Part shown: positions 1 through 9,690 of the stretch, piece after piece
Layout of the letters: every line of letters starts with the position of its first letter
Numbering within the stretch: the first letter of the stretch is position 1
From: Vicinamibacteria bacterium
GTDB lineage: Bacteria > Acidobacteriota > Vicinamibacteria > Marinacidobacterales > Marinacidobacteraceae
NCBI GenBank assembly: GCA_965199715.1
Contig: OZ241322.1
Coordinates: forward strand, 32,001-96,000
Length of the DNA stretch: 64,000 nucleotides
Reading direction: 5' to 3'
Notes under the pieces: generated by a model
Databases searched by the model: none
Seen by the model: the letters and a program-made list of their open reading frames with translations, nothing else
Told to the model about the DNA's origin: nothing
Made by a program: the position numbers and the translations under genes

Positions 1-2243
1 GTCTCGAACTTGTCCACCGTGGCGACCTGGAGCTCGCTCAGCCCGACGAATTCGGGCCGCAGGTTGTACACCGTGAGCTGGCCGCCGTCGTCGCCGGTGC
101 CGGCCATCCCGTCCACGCCCGGATCGGTGACCTGCATCGCGTCATAGGCCGAGTCCGGAGCGGCGAGGTTGACGACGTCGGACTTGTCGTCGCTGGTGCG
201 GCGCGAGAACGTCGCCTGCACCCAGATGTCGCCCTCGAACTCGCGCTCGAGGCTCACCGTGAATTCGTCGGTGAACTCGTGCTTCAGGTCTGGCGAGATC
301 GTGTTCACGGCCGCCAGCGCCCCGAACTGGTCGGAGAGGATGGCCCCCTGCTCGCCGTTCTGGAACTGGCCGTCGCCGTTGAGGTCGCTCCACTCGTAGG
401 TGTTCGTGAGCCCGCCGTTCTGGTTCACGAAGTTGGCGAACCCGGTGGAGAACTGGTGGTAGTAGCGGCCCCAGCTCGCCTTGAGGGCGCTCTTGCCGCC
501 CTCCTCGAGCCCGACCACGACGCCGATCCGCGGCGCGAAGCTGGACAGGTCGAGGATGCCGTTCCGCTCGGGGAACACCCGGGGACAGCCGGCCGCCGTC
601 GTGCACCAGGTGCCGTCCGGGCTGTTCTGCTCGGGCAGCCAGCCGTGGTAGCGGTCCCAGCGGAGGCCCAGCTTCAGGGTGAAGCGGCCGCTCGTGATGA
701 TGTCGTCGATGTAGGCCGAGGTCTGGTCGAGCGTCTGGGCGTCGTTCCGCGGCGTGTTCCGGAACTGGACCTGAAACGGGACGCCGTTGTTCAGGCGGAT
801 GAACACGTCGTCGATCGCCGTGGTCTCGTTCCGGATCGGGTTGTGCGAGTACTCGAGGCCGAGCTTGAACTCGTGGTCCGCGCCCGCCATGTCCTCGAGG
901 AAGTACGTCAGGTCGCTCTTGTAGGAATAGCGCTTCCGGCGCCGCTCCACGTTGAAGTCGCGGGCGTTCAGGAACGTCCCGAGGCCCACGTCGAACCCGG
1001 CCTGCCTCCCGGCGGCCTGCGCCTCCTCCGAGTGGTACGTCGGGAACCACACGTTCAGGTGCGAGAACCGGGTGTCCAGCAGCGCGTTCTCGCTGAGGGT
1101 CGAGGTCCACGTCGCCTGGATGATGCGGAAGGTGTCGTCCTCGATCCACGTGGCCTCCGGGGGCCGGTTCTCGGCGAGCCCCCGTCTCGGCTTCCAGTAG
1201 GTCATCTCGTGCCACTCGACGCTGAACTTGTTGCTCTGGTTCAGGTCGGTGTCGCTCTTGAGGACGAACTGGCGCATGTCGGTGTCCTCGGTGACCGACT
1301 GCACGCCGGAGACGTAGCGGTGGACCCGCTCGTCCCGGAACGAGAAGTAGAAGGTGGAGCGGTCGCGCACGATCGGGCCGCCGATCTGGCCGTTGAAGTC
1401 GCTCAGGTAGTCGAACTCGGAGGCCGTGCCGCCCTGCGACTCCAGCTCGCTGCTGAAGTTGTCGAACTGGGTGGCGTCGTTCTGGTAGAACGCTCCCACC
1501 GAACCGGTGTACTCGTTGCCGCCGGTCTTGGTGACCATGTTCAGGTACACGCCGGGCGCGTTCACCGACGCCGGGTGCGACCCGACCTCGACCTGGATTT
1601 CCTCGAAGCTGTCGTAGTCGTAGTAGTAGCCGCTGGCCCCGAGCGCCGCCGGGCAGGTGACGTTGACGCCGTTGAGGTAGTAACTGTTCTGCCCCCACGA
1701 GGTGCCCCGGGCCGAGAAGACGGCCTGGAGGCCGGTCTCGCTCCCGCCCACGTCGAGGCGGTTCGTGGTCACGCCGGGCGCCTGGTGCTCGAGCAGCGAC
1801 CAGACGTCCCGGGCGCTCGGCACCTCCTCCAGCAGGCTCTCGTCGAAGGTGGCGCCGATGACGGTGCTCTTCGTGTCGAGCAGCGGCGACTCGCCGACGA
1901 CGGTCACGGTCTCCTGGACGGTGGAGAGCTCCAGCGTGACGTTCAGCGACGTGGTGCGGGCGATGTCCACCCGGACCTCCTCGTAGATGAGCGTCTGGAA
2001 CCCGCTGAGCTCGTAGCGCAGCGTGTAGATGCCCGGCGACACCGACAGGAACCGGTAGGAACCGCCCCCGGAACTGACGGAGACGTCGCTGCCGCCGTCA
2101 CCGGTGAGCGTCACGGAGACGCCCGGCAACACCTGTCCGGTGCCGTCGAGGATCGTGCCCTCGACCGTGCCCGACTGCGTCTGGCCGAACGCGCCGCCCG
2201 CCGCGAGAAGCAGCGTGGCGATCAAAGAGGTGGCGTTTCTCAT
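1..2243 (-). CDS. TonB-dependent receptor, Oar-like, with N-terminal carboxypeptidase-regulatory-like domain (3' end runs off the window)
   Basis: Not in the ORF track; manual translation from ATG 2243 gives MRNATSLIATLLLAAGGAFGQTQSGTVEGTILDGTGQVLPGVSVTLTG, a signal peptide followed by a CarboxypepD_reg-type motif. Plug motifs (LLEEVPSARDVW, EEIQVEV, LNMVTKTGGN) and beta-barrel strands follow. GGAGGG RBS upstream. Confidence 0.9.
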   Translation of the reverse strand, partial: MRNATSLIATLLLAAGGAFGQTQSGTVEGTILDGTGQVLPGVSVTLTGDGGSDVSVSSGGGSYRFLSVSPGIYTLRYELSGFQTLIYEEVRVDIARTTSLNVTLELSTVQETVTVVGESPLLDTKSTVIGATFDESLLEEVPSARDVWSLLEHQAPGVTTNRLDVGGSETGLQAVFSARGTSWGQNSYYLNGVNVTCPAALGASGYYYDYDSFEEIQVEVGSHPASVNAPGVYLNMVTKTGGNEYTGSVGAFYQNDATQFDNFSSELESQGGTASEFDYLSDFNGQIGGPIVRDRSTFYFSFRDERVHRYVSGVQSVTEDTDMRQFVLKSDTDLNQSNKFSVEWHEMTYWKPRRGLAENRPPEATWIEDDTFRIIQATWTSTLSENALLDTRFSHLNVWFPTYHSEEAQAAGRQAGFDVGLGTFLNARDFNVERRRKRYSYKSDLTYFLEDMAGADHEFKLGLEYSHNPIRNETTAIDDVFIRLNNGVPFQVQFRNTPRNDAQTLDQTSAYIDDIITSGRFTLKLGLRWDRYHGWLPEQNSPDGTWCTTAAGCPRVFPERNGILDLSSFAPRIGVVVGLEEGGKSALKASWGRYYHQFSTGFANFVNQNGGLTNTYEWSDLNGDGQFQNGEQGAILSDQFGALAAVNTISPDLKHEFTDEFTVSLEREFEGDIWVQATFSRRTSDDKSDVVNLAAPDSAYDAMQVTDPGVDGMAGTGDDGGQLTVYNLRPEFVGLSELQVATVDKFE

Positions 2244-2274
2244 GGGCCCTCCCTGGCTTGAAAGGGGATTCAAG

Positions 2275-2289
2275 GCAAGAATCGAGCCT
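2275..2289 (-). promoter_or_regulatory. Putative sigma-54 (-24/-12) promoter for the TonB-dependent receptor
   Basis: Minus strand reads AGGCTCG-ATTC-TTGC against consensus TGGCACG-N4-TTGC. GG-N10-GC spacing is exact and the site lies about 30 nt upstream of the ATG. Confidence 0.5.
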
Positions 2290-2352
2290 CGCCCATTCGG
2301 ATCACAAGCTGTTTGTGCACAACGGGTTGACTCCCTCCCGCAGGTCGGCGAT

Positions 2353-3444
2353 TCAATCGTTTGGAACCATCCCCATGGAACAGGTGAACAGCGCCCGCTG
2401 CCGGTCGGTCCAGTCCCCCGATCCGTTGCCGTGCTGGATGAGCATCCGCCCCTCCCGGTACATGCCGAGGTCGAGCGCGAATTCCTTGCCGTTCGACTGG
2501 CGGCCGCTGTGGTCCCAGGCCGCCGGAAGCGCCGGGTCGTGGAACCGATAGGTCCCCGTGCGGCCGTACGCGATCCGGTTCGACCAGACGTCCATCCCGG
2601 GGATGAGCCCGGCGAGCCCGCCCGAGGGGTCCGTCCCGAGACGGGTCTCGACTTCGAGGATTCCGGGGATGACCGCCCGGCGGAGCACGGCTGCGGCGCG
2701 GCGGATCGAGGTCACCGTGAGCGGAACCCGCCGGATCGCCCGGTAGCGCTGCGGCGCTCCCGGCGCGAGGCTGCGGAAGATCCCGAGGACGGCCCGCTCC
2801 TGCTCCGCCGAGAGCTCCTGGTCGAGGTAGAGCGCGACCCACGACTCGGGGCCGAGCGTGACGAACTCGGCGCCGGCGAGGTCGGTCGTCCCGTACCGGC
2901 CGGATTCGAGCCGCGTCGCCGTCGTCGCGTGGCACGGCGGGTGGGACGGCGGGGCGTTCGAGCGGCAGGGGCAGGGGGTGTCGCAGGGACAGGCGGTGAA
3001 GGCGTGGCCCCGGATGGACCAGTCGGGGAAGCGGTCGCCCGGGGACGCCGTCACCGGCGGGAGCCGCATCCCGAACCCGCCGGCGGGGCGCACCACGAAC
3101 CGCACCGTCTCGGCGAACCGGAGCGCCGCCGGCTCGCCATCGACCAGCGTGGGTGCGTAGGCCCAGTCCTCGGCCGCCGCCACCGCCGCCGCCGCGAGCT
3201 CCTCCGGCCCCCGGAGGCTTCTCGCGGCGGACACCGCGCCGCTCGGGTCGAGCGTCAGCTCGAGGATGACGAGCGCCTCCTCGTTCCGCGCGGCGGCGGT
3301 CTCGGGGTATTCCGGGGGCACGAAGCGCACCCGCTCGGGCCGGGCGATCTCGCCGCCCACCGGCAGGATCGGGGCCTCCTCGGGCGCGCCGCAGGCGAGG
3401 GCGAGCGCCAGCGGCCACCACGACGCCCGCCAGCGTGGGAACAT
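2353..3444 (-). CDS. Predicted lipoprotein: TonB C-terminal domain fused to DUF1326-like Cys-rich domain
   Basis: Lipobox-like LALAC. TonB_C signature PEYPETAAARNEEALVILELTLDPSGAV...AAAVAAAEDWAYAPTLVDGEP...VRF, then WSIRGHAFTACPCDTPCPC...HPPC typical of DUF1326. Confidence 0.75.
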   Translation of the reverse strand: MFPRWRASWWPLALALACGAPEEAPILPVGGEIARPERVRFVPPEYPETAAARNEEALVILELTLDPSGAVSAARSLRGPEELAAAAVAAAEDWAYAPTLVDGEPAALRFAETVRFVVRPAGGFGMRLPPVTASPGDRFPDWSIRGHAFTACPCDTPCPCRSNAPPSHPPCHATTATRLESGRYGTTDLAGAEFVTLGPESWVALYLDQELSAEQERAVLGIFRSLAPGAPQRYRAIRRVPLTVTSIRRAAAVLRRAVIPGILEVETRLGTDPSGGLAGLIPGMDVWSNRIAYGRTGTYRFHDPALPAAWDHSGRQSNGKEFALDLGMYREGRMLIQHGNGSGDWTDRQRALFTCSMGMVPND

Positions 3445-3461
3445 GACCCGCATTCTGACCG

Positions 3462-4526
3462 ATGCGAACGCTGGCCCTCGTCGCCGCGGTGCTCGCGGGC
3501 GTCGTGCAGGAGGACCCGCTCCGGCGGGCGGCGGCGCTGCTCGAGGCGGGGGACGCCGAAGCGGCCGCCGCGCTCGTCGCCGGGTTCGTCGAGGGACGCG
3601 AGACCGAGCCGGAGGCGCGGCAGCGGGCCGGCGTCTTCTGGCTCGTCAGCGGCGAGCCGCGCCGGGCGGTCGCGCACCTTCGCGCCGCCGTCGAGTCGGA
3701 TCCCGCGTTCGTGGATGGGTTTCTCGCGCTCGGGCAGGCGCTCGGCCAGATCGGGGAGACCGAGCCGGCGCTGGCCGCGCTCCGGGAGGCCGGGCGGCTG
3801 GCGCCGGAACGCACGGATCCCCGCTACCTCGCCGCGGCGGTGCTGGACTCTGCGGGAAGGCTCCCCGAAGCGGTCGCCGAGGCTTCCGAAGCCGTCGCGG
3901 CCGCGCCCCGGGACCCCGAACTGCGACGGTTCCTCGGCCGGCTGCTGCTGCGGGTGGAGCGATGGCCGGAGGCCCAGGCCGAGCTGGAGGAAGCGATCCG
4001 GCTCGGCTACCGGGGGGATCCCGCCGTGCTCGCCGAGCTCGGCGCGGCGCTGCTCGGGCAGGAGCGGCTCCGGGCGGCGCGGCTCGCCTTCGAGCGCCAC
4101 CGGGAGCTTGCTCCCGGCGATCCCGGGACGCTCCTCCAGCTCGGGTACGTCGCGTGGCGCGACGGCGATCACGACCGCTCCGCGGCGTTGCTCGAGGAGG
4201 CCATCGCGCTGGACCCCGGGCTCCGCCGCGCCCACCACTTCCTCGGGCTGACCGCGCTGCGGCGCGAGGATCTTGACGGCGCGGAGGCGGCGTTCCGGCG
4301 GGCGCTCGAGACCGGCGCGGACTTTCCCGAGGCGTGGTTCCACCTCGGCAAGATCGCGCTCCGGAGGGGCCGGGCGGAAGCGGCGGCGCGCCATTTCGAG
4401 ACGGCGCTGGAACACGACCCCGACTACGCCGAGGCGCTGTACCAGCTCGCCTTCGCGCGCCGCCGGCTCGGCGATTCCGAGGGAGCCGCCCGCGCGCTCG
4501 AGCGGTTCCGGGATGTGCGACGATGA
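3462..4526 (+). CDS. Exported tetratricopeptide repeat protein
   Basis: Short signal peptide and repeated TPR helices (AWFHLG, ALYQLA, AHHFLG, LALDP). Confidence 0.85.
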   Translation: MRTLALVAAVLAGVVQEDPLRRAAALLEAGDAEAAAALVAGFVEGRETEPEARQRAGVFWLVSGEPRRAVAHLRAAVESDPAFVDGFLALGQALGQIGETEPALAALREAGRLAPERTDPRYLAAAVLDSAGRLPEAVAEASEAVAAAPRDPELRRFLGRLLLRVERWPEAQAELEEAIRLGYRGDPAVLAELGAALLGQERLRAARLAFERHRELAPGDPGTLLQLGYVAWRDGDHDRSAALLEEAIALDPGLRRAHHFLGLTALRREDLDGAEAAFRRALETGADFPEAWFHLGKIALRRGRAEAAARHFETALEHDPDYAEALYQLAFARRRLGDSEGAARALERFRDVRR

Positions 4527-4530
4527 GCCG

Positions 4531-5487
4531 ATGACCCTGCTCCTCACGCTCCTGCTGGCGGCCGCGCAGCACCAGCCGGTCGCGACGTTCTCCATCCTCG
4601 GCCACGACCCGGACACCGGCGAGCTCGGCGTCGCCGTCCAGTCGAAGTACTTCTCGGTGGGGCACGTGGTCCCGTGGGCGGAAGCCGGGGTCGGCGTCGT
4701 GGCGACGCAGGCCAACGTGAACGCCGGCTACGGGCTCCGGGGCCTCGAACTGCTGCGCGAGGGGCTGTCCGCGGAGGAGGTCCGGGACCGGCTGCTCGCC
4801 GAGGACGAGTTCCCGGGGGTCGAGGGGCGGCAGTTCGCGGTGATCGACGCGCGCGGCGGGATCGCGGCGCACACCGGGCCGACCGCCAACTTCTGGGCGG
4901 GGCACCGGGTCGGCGAGCATTACTCGGCGCAAGGAAACATCCTGACGGGGCCGGAGGTAGTGGACGCCATGGCCGAGGCCTTCGAGTCGGCCTCGGGGAC
5001 GCTCGCCGAGCGGCTCCAGGCGGCCATGGTCGCCGGGCAGGAGGCCGGCGGCGACAGCCGCGGCCGGCAGTCCGCGGCGATGCTCGTGGTAGGGAAGCGG
5101 ATGGGCCGGAACATCAACAACGACGTGGTGGCCCGGCTCCAGGTCGAGGACCACCCGACCCCGATCGTCGAGCTCGGGCGCGTGCTCGACATCAACCTCG
5201 CCCTCGCCGCGATGAGCCGCGGCCGCCGGCTTCAGGAGGCCGGCGACATGGCCGGGGCGCTCGGGGAGGCGGAGCGCGCGGCGCGGCTCTGGCCGGCGGC
5301 CTCCGATGCCTGGCTCCACCTCGGACTGCTCGCGTACTCGCTCGGCGACCGCGACCGGGCGCTCGAGGCGCTCCGGGAGGCGGCGGACCGAAACGAGCTG
5401 TTCCGCGGCCAGCTCGAGTCCACCCTGAGCTGGACCGGCCATCCGGGACTCGACGAGGAATTCATGGCCGCGCTCTTCCCGGAGTGA
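4531..5487 (+). CDS. DUF1028 (Ntn-hydrolase-like) protein with C-terminal TPR
   Basis: Signal peptide then ATFSILGHDPDTGELGVAVQSKYFSVG, ATQA, QGNIL, GGDSRGRQSAA and DHPTPIVEL motifs; one TPR-like unit at the C-terminus. Confidence 0.88.
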   Translation: MTLLLTLLLAAAQHQPVATFSILGHDPDTGELGVAVQSKYFSVGHVVPWAEAGVGVVATQANVNAGYGLRGLELLREGLSAEEVRDRLLAEDEFPGVEGRQFAVIDARGGIAAHTGPTANFWAGHRVGEHYSAQGNILTGPEVVDAMAEAFESASGTLAERLQAAMVAGQEAGGDSRGRQSAAMLVVGKRMGRNINNDVVARLQVEDHPTPIVELGRVLDINLALAAMSRGRRLQEAGDMAGALGEAERAARLWPAASDAWLHLGLLAYSLGDRDRALEALREAADRNELFRGQLESTLSWTGHPGLDEEFMAALFPE

Positions 5488-6377
5488 GCCTCCTCCTTCT
5501 CGCGCTCCTCCTCCAACCGCCGGACGAGCTTCTGGCCGAGGGCCGGCGCTGGCTCGACTCGGGAAACCCAGCGGCCGCGGCGCGCGTGTTCGCCCGCCTC
5601 GCCCGGGAGGCGCCCGACGCCCGCTCCCACTACTACCTCGGGGTCGCGCTCCTCGCCGCCGGGCGCCCCGCCGAAGCGGTCGCGCCGCTCCGCCGGGCCG
5701 ACGCGCTCGCCCCCGAACCCGTCGCCGCCGCCGCGCTCTCGCTGGGCGCCGCGCTGATCCGCTCCGGCGACAGCGCGGGGGCCGTCGCGGCGCTGGCCGC
5801 CGCCGCCGAACGCTTCCCCGACGCGGCCCCGATCCTCCTCCAGTTGGGCCACGCCCGCTACCTCGAGCTCGACGGCGACGGCGCCCGCGAGGCGCTCGTC
5901 CGCGCCCGCCGGCTCGAGCCGGGAAATCCGGCGGTCCACTTCCACCTCGGGCTCGCCGAGGCGGCGCTCGGGGAGGTGGAACGCGCCGCCGCGTCCTTCG
6001 CCGAGGCGATCCGGCTCCGGCCGGACGACCCGGACTCGCGGGTCGCGCTGGCGCGGATCCTCGCCCAGCGGGGGCGGCTCGACGAGGCCGAAGCCGCCTA
6101 CCGCGACGCGCTCGGTCTCGCGCCGGGGTCGCCCGCCGCGCTCACCGGGCTCGGCGCGCTGCGGCTCCAGCGCGGCGATCCCGAGGCGGCGCGGGGACAT
6201 CTCGAAGCCGCGCTCACAGCGGAGCCCGACCACCGACAGGCGCTCTACCATCTCGCCGCCGCGTTCGCCGCCCTCGGCCGCGACGAGGAAGCCGCCCGGG
6301 TCCGCGAGCGCTTCGTCGAAGTCGCCGCCGCCGGGAACCCGGCCCACCGTCCGACCCGCACCCGCGTCCGCCGCTGA
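5484..6377 (+). CDS. Exported tetratricopeptide repeat protein
   Basis: GTG overlaps the upstream stop; hydrophobic N-terminus; TPR repeats (HYYLG, HFHLG, ALYHLA). Confidence 0.85.
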   Translation: MSLLLLALLLQPPDELLAEGRRWLDSGNPAAAARVFARLAREAPDARSHYYLGVALLAAGRPAEAVAPLRRADALAPEPVAAAALSLGAALIRSGDSAGAVAALAAAAERFPDAAPILLQLGHARYLELDGDGAREALVRARRLEPGNPAVHFHLGLAEAALGEVERAAASFAEAIRLRPDDPDSRVALARILAQRGRLDEAEAAYRDALGLAPGSPAALTGLGALRLQRGDPEAARGHLEAALTAEPDHRQALYHLAAAFAALGRDEEAARVRERFVEVAAAGNPAHRPTRTRVRR

Positions 6378-7999
6378 TGCCCGCGCTGCTGATCCTGCTG
6401 GCCGCGCTCCAGTTCCACGACCGCACCGAGGAGTCGGGGATCCGCTTCCACCACGAGGACGGCGGGAGCGGCCGGCGGTACGTCGTCGAAATCGTCGGCG
6501 CCGGCGTGCTCACGCTCGACTACGACCTCGACGGCTGGCCCGACCTTTTCTTCGTGAACGGGGCGCCCCTGCCCGGGGATCCGACGGCGGCCACCGAGGG
6601 CAACCGCCTCTTCCGGAACCGGGCCGACGGGACCTTCGAGGATCGGACCCGGGAGGCGGGGCTCCTCGATCCGGCCGACCGGCGCCGCTACGCGATGGGC
6701 GGCGTCTCGGGGGATCTCGACAACGACGGCGATCCGGACCTGCTCGTCACCCACTTCGGCGCGGAGCGGCTGTACGAAAACCGGGGCGACGGCACTTTCG
6801 CCGAGGTTCCCGGCGCCGGCGGCGCGACGGACCCGCACTGGACGACCAGCGCCGCGCTGTTCGACGCCGACGGCGACGGCTTCCTCGACGCCTACGCCGC
6901 CAACTACCTCGACTATTCGCTCGAGGGGCACCGCGACTGCGTCAGCCCGGTGCGCGACCTCCTCGCCTACTGCCATCCGCAGGAATACCCCGGCGTCGCC
7001 GACTCGTTCTTCCGCAACCGGGGCGGGCTCGCCTTCGACGCCGCGCCGGTCCCCGGCTCGGAGGACGGGAAGGGGCTCGGGGTCTCGGTGACCGACCTCG
7101 GCGGCGACGGCGTTCCCGACGTGTACGTCGCAAACGACACGACTCCCAACTTCCTCTTCCGGGTCGAGGTCCGGGACGGCGAGGCGCGCCTTGCGGAGCG
7201 CGGGCTCGCCGCCGGCGTGGCCTACAACGAGGAGGGGCTTCCCGAGGCGGGCATGGGGACCGACTGGGGCGACGCCGACGGCGACGGGCGCATGGACCTC
7301 GTGGTCACGAACTTCGACTTCGAGACGAACACGCTCTACCGCAACCTTGGCGGCGGGCTCTTCCTCGACGCCACGCAGGCGATGGGACTCGGCGGCGAGT
7401 CGCTCACCGAGCTCGCCTTCGGTTGCGACCTCGCCGACTTCGACAACGATGGCCTCCTCGATCTCGTGGTCACGAACGGCCACATCCTCGACAACATCGA
7501 ACAAATCCAGTCCAACCTCCGCTTCGCGCAGCCGGGGCGGTACTTCCGGAACCGGGGCGGGACCTTCGTGGCCGCGCCGGGCGGGGATCTCGAGCGGCCC
7601 AGGGTCGGGCGCGGCCTCGCCACGCTCGACTACGACCGCGACGGGGCGCTCGACCTCGCGCTCGCGAACAACCGGGGCCCGGCGGAGCTGCTCCGGGGCG
7701 CGGGCGGCGGTCGCTCCGCCGGGCTGCTCCTCGTCGGCGCGACCGGCAACCGGGACGGCGTCGGGGCCCGGGTCCGACTGTCCTCGGGAAGAGTCGCGGA
7801 GCGCCGCGCCGGCTCCAGCTACCTGTCCCAGCACGACCCGGCGCTCTGGTTCGGGCTCGGCGACCGCGCCGACTCCGGGCCGATCCGGATCCGCTGGCCC
7901 GGCGGGCGGGAGGAGTCGCTGCCCGCGCTGCCGGCGGGGCGGGTGACCGTCGTGCGCGAGGGCCGGGGACCGGTGGGGTCCATCCCGCTGAAGCCATGA
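6377..7999 (+). CDS. CRTAC1-family protein (FG-GAP/VCBS repeats plus ASPIC/UnbV domain)
   Basis: Multiple DxDxDGxxD repeats with NRLFRN / GTF motifs; C-terminal NRDGVGARV...GSSYLSQ...FGLG...IRWP ASPIC signature. Confidence 0.92.
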   Translation: MPALLILLAALQFHDRTEESGIRFHHEDGGSGRRYVVEIVGAGVLTLDYDLDGWPDLFFVNGAPLPGDPTAATEGNRLFRNRADGTFEDRTREAGLLDPADRRRYAMGGVSGDLDNDGDPDLLVTHFGAERLYENRGDGTFAEVPGAGGATDPHWTTSAALFDADGDGFLDAYAANYLDYSLEGHRDCVSPVRDLLAYCHPQEYPGVADSFFRNRGGLAFDAAPVPGSEDGKGLGVSVTDLGGDGVPDVYVANDTTPNFLFRVEVRDGEARLAERGLAAGVAYNEEGLPEAGMGTDWGDADGDGRMDLVVTNFDFETNTLYRNLGGGLFLDATQAMGLGGESLTELAFGCDLADFDNDGLLDLVVTNGHILDNIEQIQSNLRFAQPGRYFRNRGGTFVAAPGGDLERPRVGRGLATLDYDRDGALDLALANNRGPAELLRGAGGGRSAGLLLVGATGNRDGVGARVRLSSGRVAERRAGSSYLSQHDPALWFGLGDRADSGPIRIRWPGGREESLPALPAGRVTVVREGRGPVGSIPLKP

Positions 8000-9690
8000 T
8001 CCTCGCGGTCCTCCTCGCCCAGATCGCCTTCGCCGAGGTGGCGGCGGAGTCCGGCGTGGATTTCCTCAACATGTACGGGGGCGTCGGGTCGAAGCGGTAC
8101 ATCGTCGAGACCACCGGAACCGGCGCGGCGCTGTTCGACTACGACGCCGACGGCGACCTCGACCTCTTCTTCGTGAACGGCTCCCGGCTCGGCTACGCCG
8201 ACGCCGAGGCGCTCTCGAGCCGGCTTTACCGAAACGACGGGATCGGGCGCTTCGTTGACGTGACCGGCCCCGCCGGGCTCGAGGCGCGCGGCTGGGGGCA
8301 GGGGGTCGCGGTCACCGACTACGAGAACGACGGGGACCTCGACCTGCTCGTCACCTGGTACGGCCGGAACCGGTTCTTCCGGAACCGGGGCGACGGCACC
8401 TTCGTGGAGTCCGCGGCGGAGCTGGGCCTCGACGACCCGCAGTGGGGCGCCGGGGCGGCGTTCGGCGACCTCGACGGGGACGGCGTCTCGGACCTCGTGG
8501 TCGTGAACTACGTGGACTTCGACCACGAGAACACGCCCGGTCCCGGGGAGGCCCCGAACTGCTTCTTCCTCGGGATGCCGGTCATGTGCGGGCCGAAGGG
8601 GCTGCGACCGGCGCCGGCGCTTCTGTACCGCGGCCGCCCGGGCGGCGGGTTCGAGCCGGTCGCGGACGGCGCGATCGGACGCGATCGCTTCTTCGGCCTC
8701 GGCGTGGTCATGGGAGATCTCGACGACGACGGGGACCTGGACGTGTACGTCGCGAACGACCAGACCCCGAACAACCTCTACCGCAACGACGGGGGCTTCC
8801 GCTTCGCCGAAATCGGCCTCGAGGCGGGGCTCGCCTTCAACGAGGACGGGCGGGCGCAGGCCGGCATGGGGGTCGCGCTCGGCGACTACGACAACGACGG
8901 CCGGCTGGACGTCGTGGTGACGAATTTCTCGCACGACTACAACACGCTCTACCGGTCCACCGGCGACGGCTGGTTCTCCGACGAGTCCTTCGCCGCCGGG
9001 GTCGCCGAGCCGAGCTACGGCCTGCTCGGCTGGGGCGCCGGATTCGCCGACTTCGACCGCGACGGCTGGTTGGACGTCCTCGTCGTGAACGGCCACGTCT
9101 ATCCCGAGGTCGAGGGGCCGGTCACGGACAGCGAGTACGCCCAGCCGGCGCTCCTGCTGAAAAATCTCGGGAACGGAGTGTTCGTGCCGGCTCCCGACGA
9201 CGCGCTCGCGACGCCGCGGGTGTTCCGGGGCGCCGCGTTCGGCGACTGGGACGGCGACGGCGATCCGGACGTCGTCGCCACCGTCATGAACGACCGGCAG
9301 GCGCTCTTCCGGAACGAAAGCGTCGGGAACGGCTGGGTGGGATTCCACGTGGTCGGGCGAAGCGCCGCCCGGGCCGCCGCGGGCGCGCGGATCGAGCTCC
9401 TCGCGGGCGGCCCGCGGCAGATCCGGGAGGTCCGCTCGTCGGGCAGCTACCTGTCGGCGAACGACTTCCGGGCGTTCTTCGGCCTCGGTCCGTCGCCCGG
9501 GCCGGTGCGGGCGCGGGTGCGCTGGCTCTCCGGCTGCGAGCGCGAGGTGGCCGCCGAACCGGGCGGGTTCCGTCTCGTCATCGAGCCGGCGGGGTGTCGG
9601 GGCCGCTCCAGCGTGACTCCCTTGAGCAGCGCGAACACCGGGACTCCGGGCCGCAGACCGAGATCCTCCGCCGCGTCCCGGGTCAACTGA
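7996..9690 (+). CDS. Second CRTAC1-family protein (FG-GAP plus ASPIC/UnbV)
   Basis: ATGA coupling with the previous gene; same repeat architecture; SGSYLSAND...FGLG...VRW. The tail extends into modC. Confidence 0.92.
   Translation: MILAVLLAQIAFAEVAAESGVDFLNMYGGVGSKRYIVETTGTGAALFDYDADGDLDLFFVNGSRLGYADAEALSSRLYRNDGIGRFVDVTGPAGLEARGWGQGVAVTDYENDGDLDLLVTWYGRNRFFRNRGDGTFVESAAELGLDDPQWGAGAAFGDLDGDGVSDLVVVNYVDFDHENTPGPGEAPNCFFLGMPVMCGPKGLRPAPALLYRGRPGGGFEPVADGAIGRDRFFGLGVVMGDLDDDGDLDVYVANDQTPNNLYRNDGGFRFAEIGLEAGLAFNEDGRAQAGMGVALGDYDNDGRLDVVVTNFSHDYNTLYRSTGDGWFSDESFAAGVAEPSYGLLGWGAGFADFDRDGWLDVLVVNGHVYPEVEGPVTDSEYAQPALLLKNLGNGVFVPAPDDALATPRVFRGAAFGDWDGDGDPDVVATVMNDRQALFRNESVGNGWVGFHVVGRSAARAAAGARIELLAGGPRQIREVRSSGSYLSANDFRAFFGLGPSPGPVRARVRWLSGCEREVAAEPGGFRLVIEPAGCRGRSSVTPLSSANTGTPGRRPRSSAASRVN

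Noticed and set aside
6377-9690. Recurring GACxxCGACGGCGAC-like DNA repeats and NRGDGTF (RGD) motifs
   Set aside because: Coding FG-GAP repeats, not a CRISPR array or tandem DNA repeat; RGD is part of the repeat consensus.
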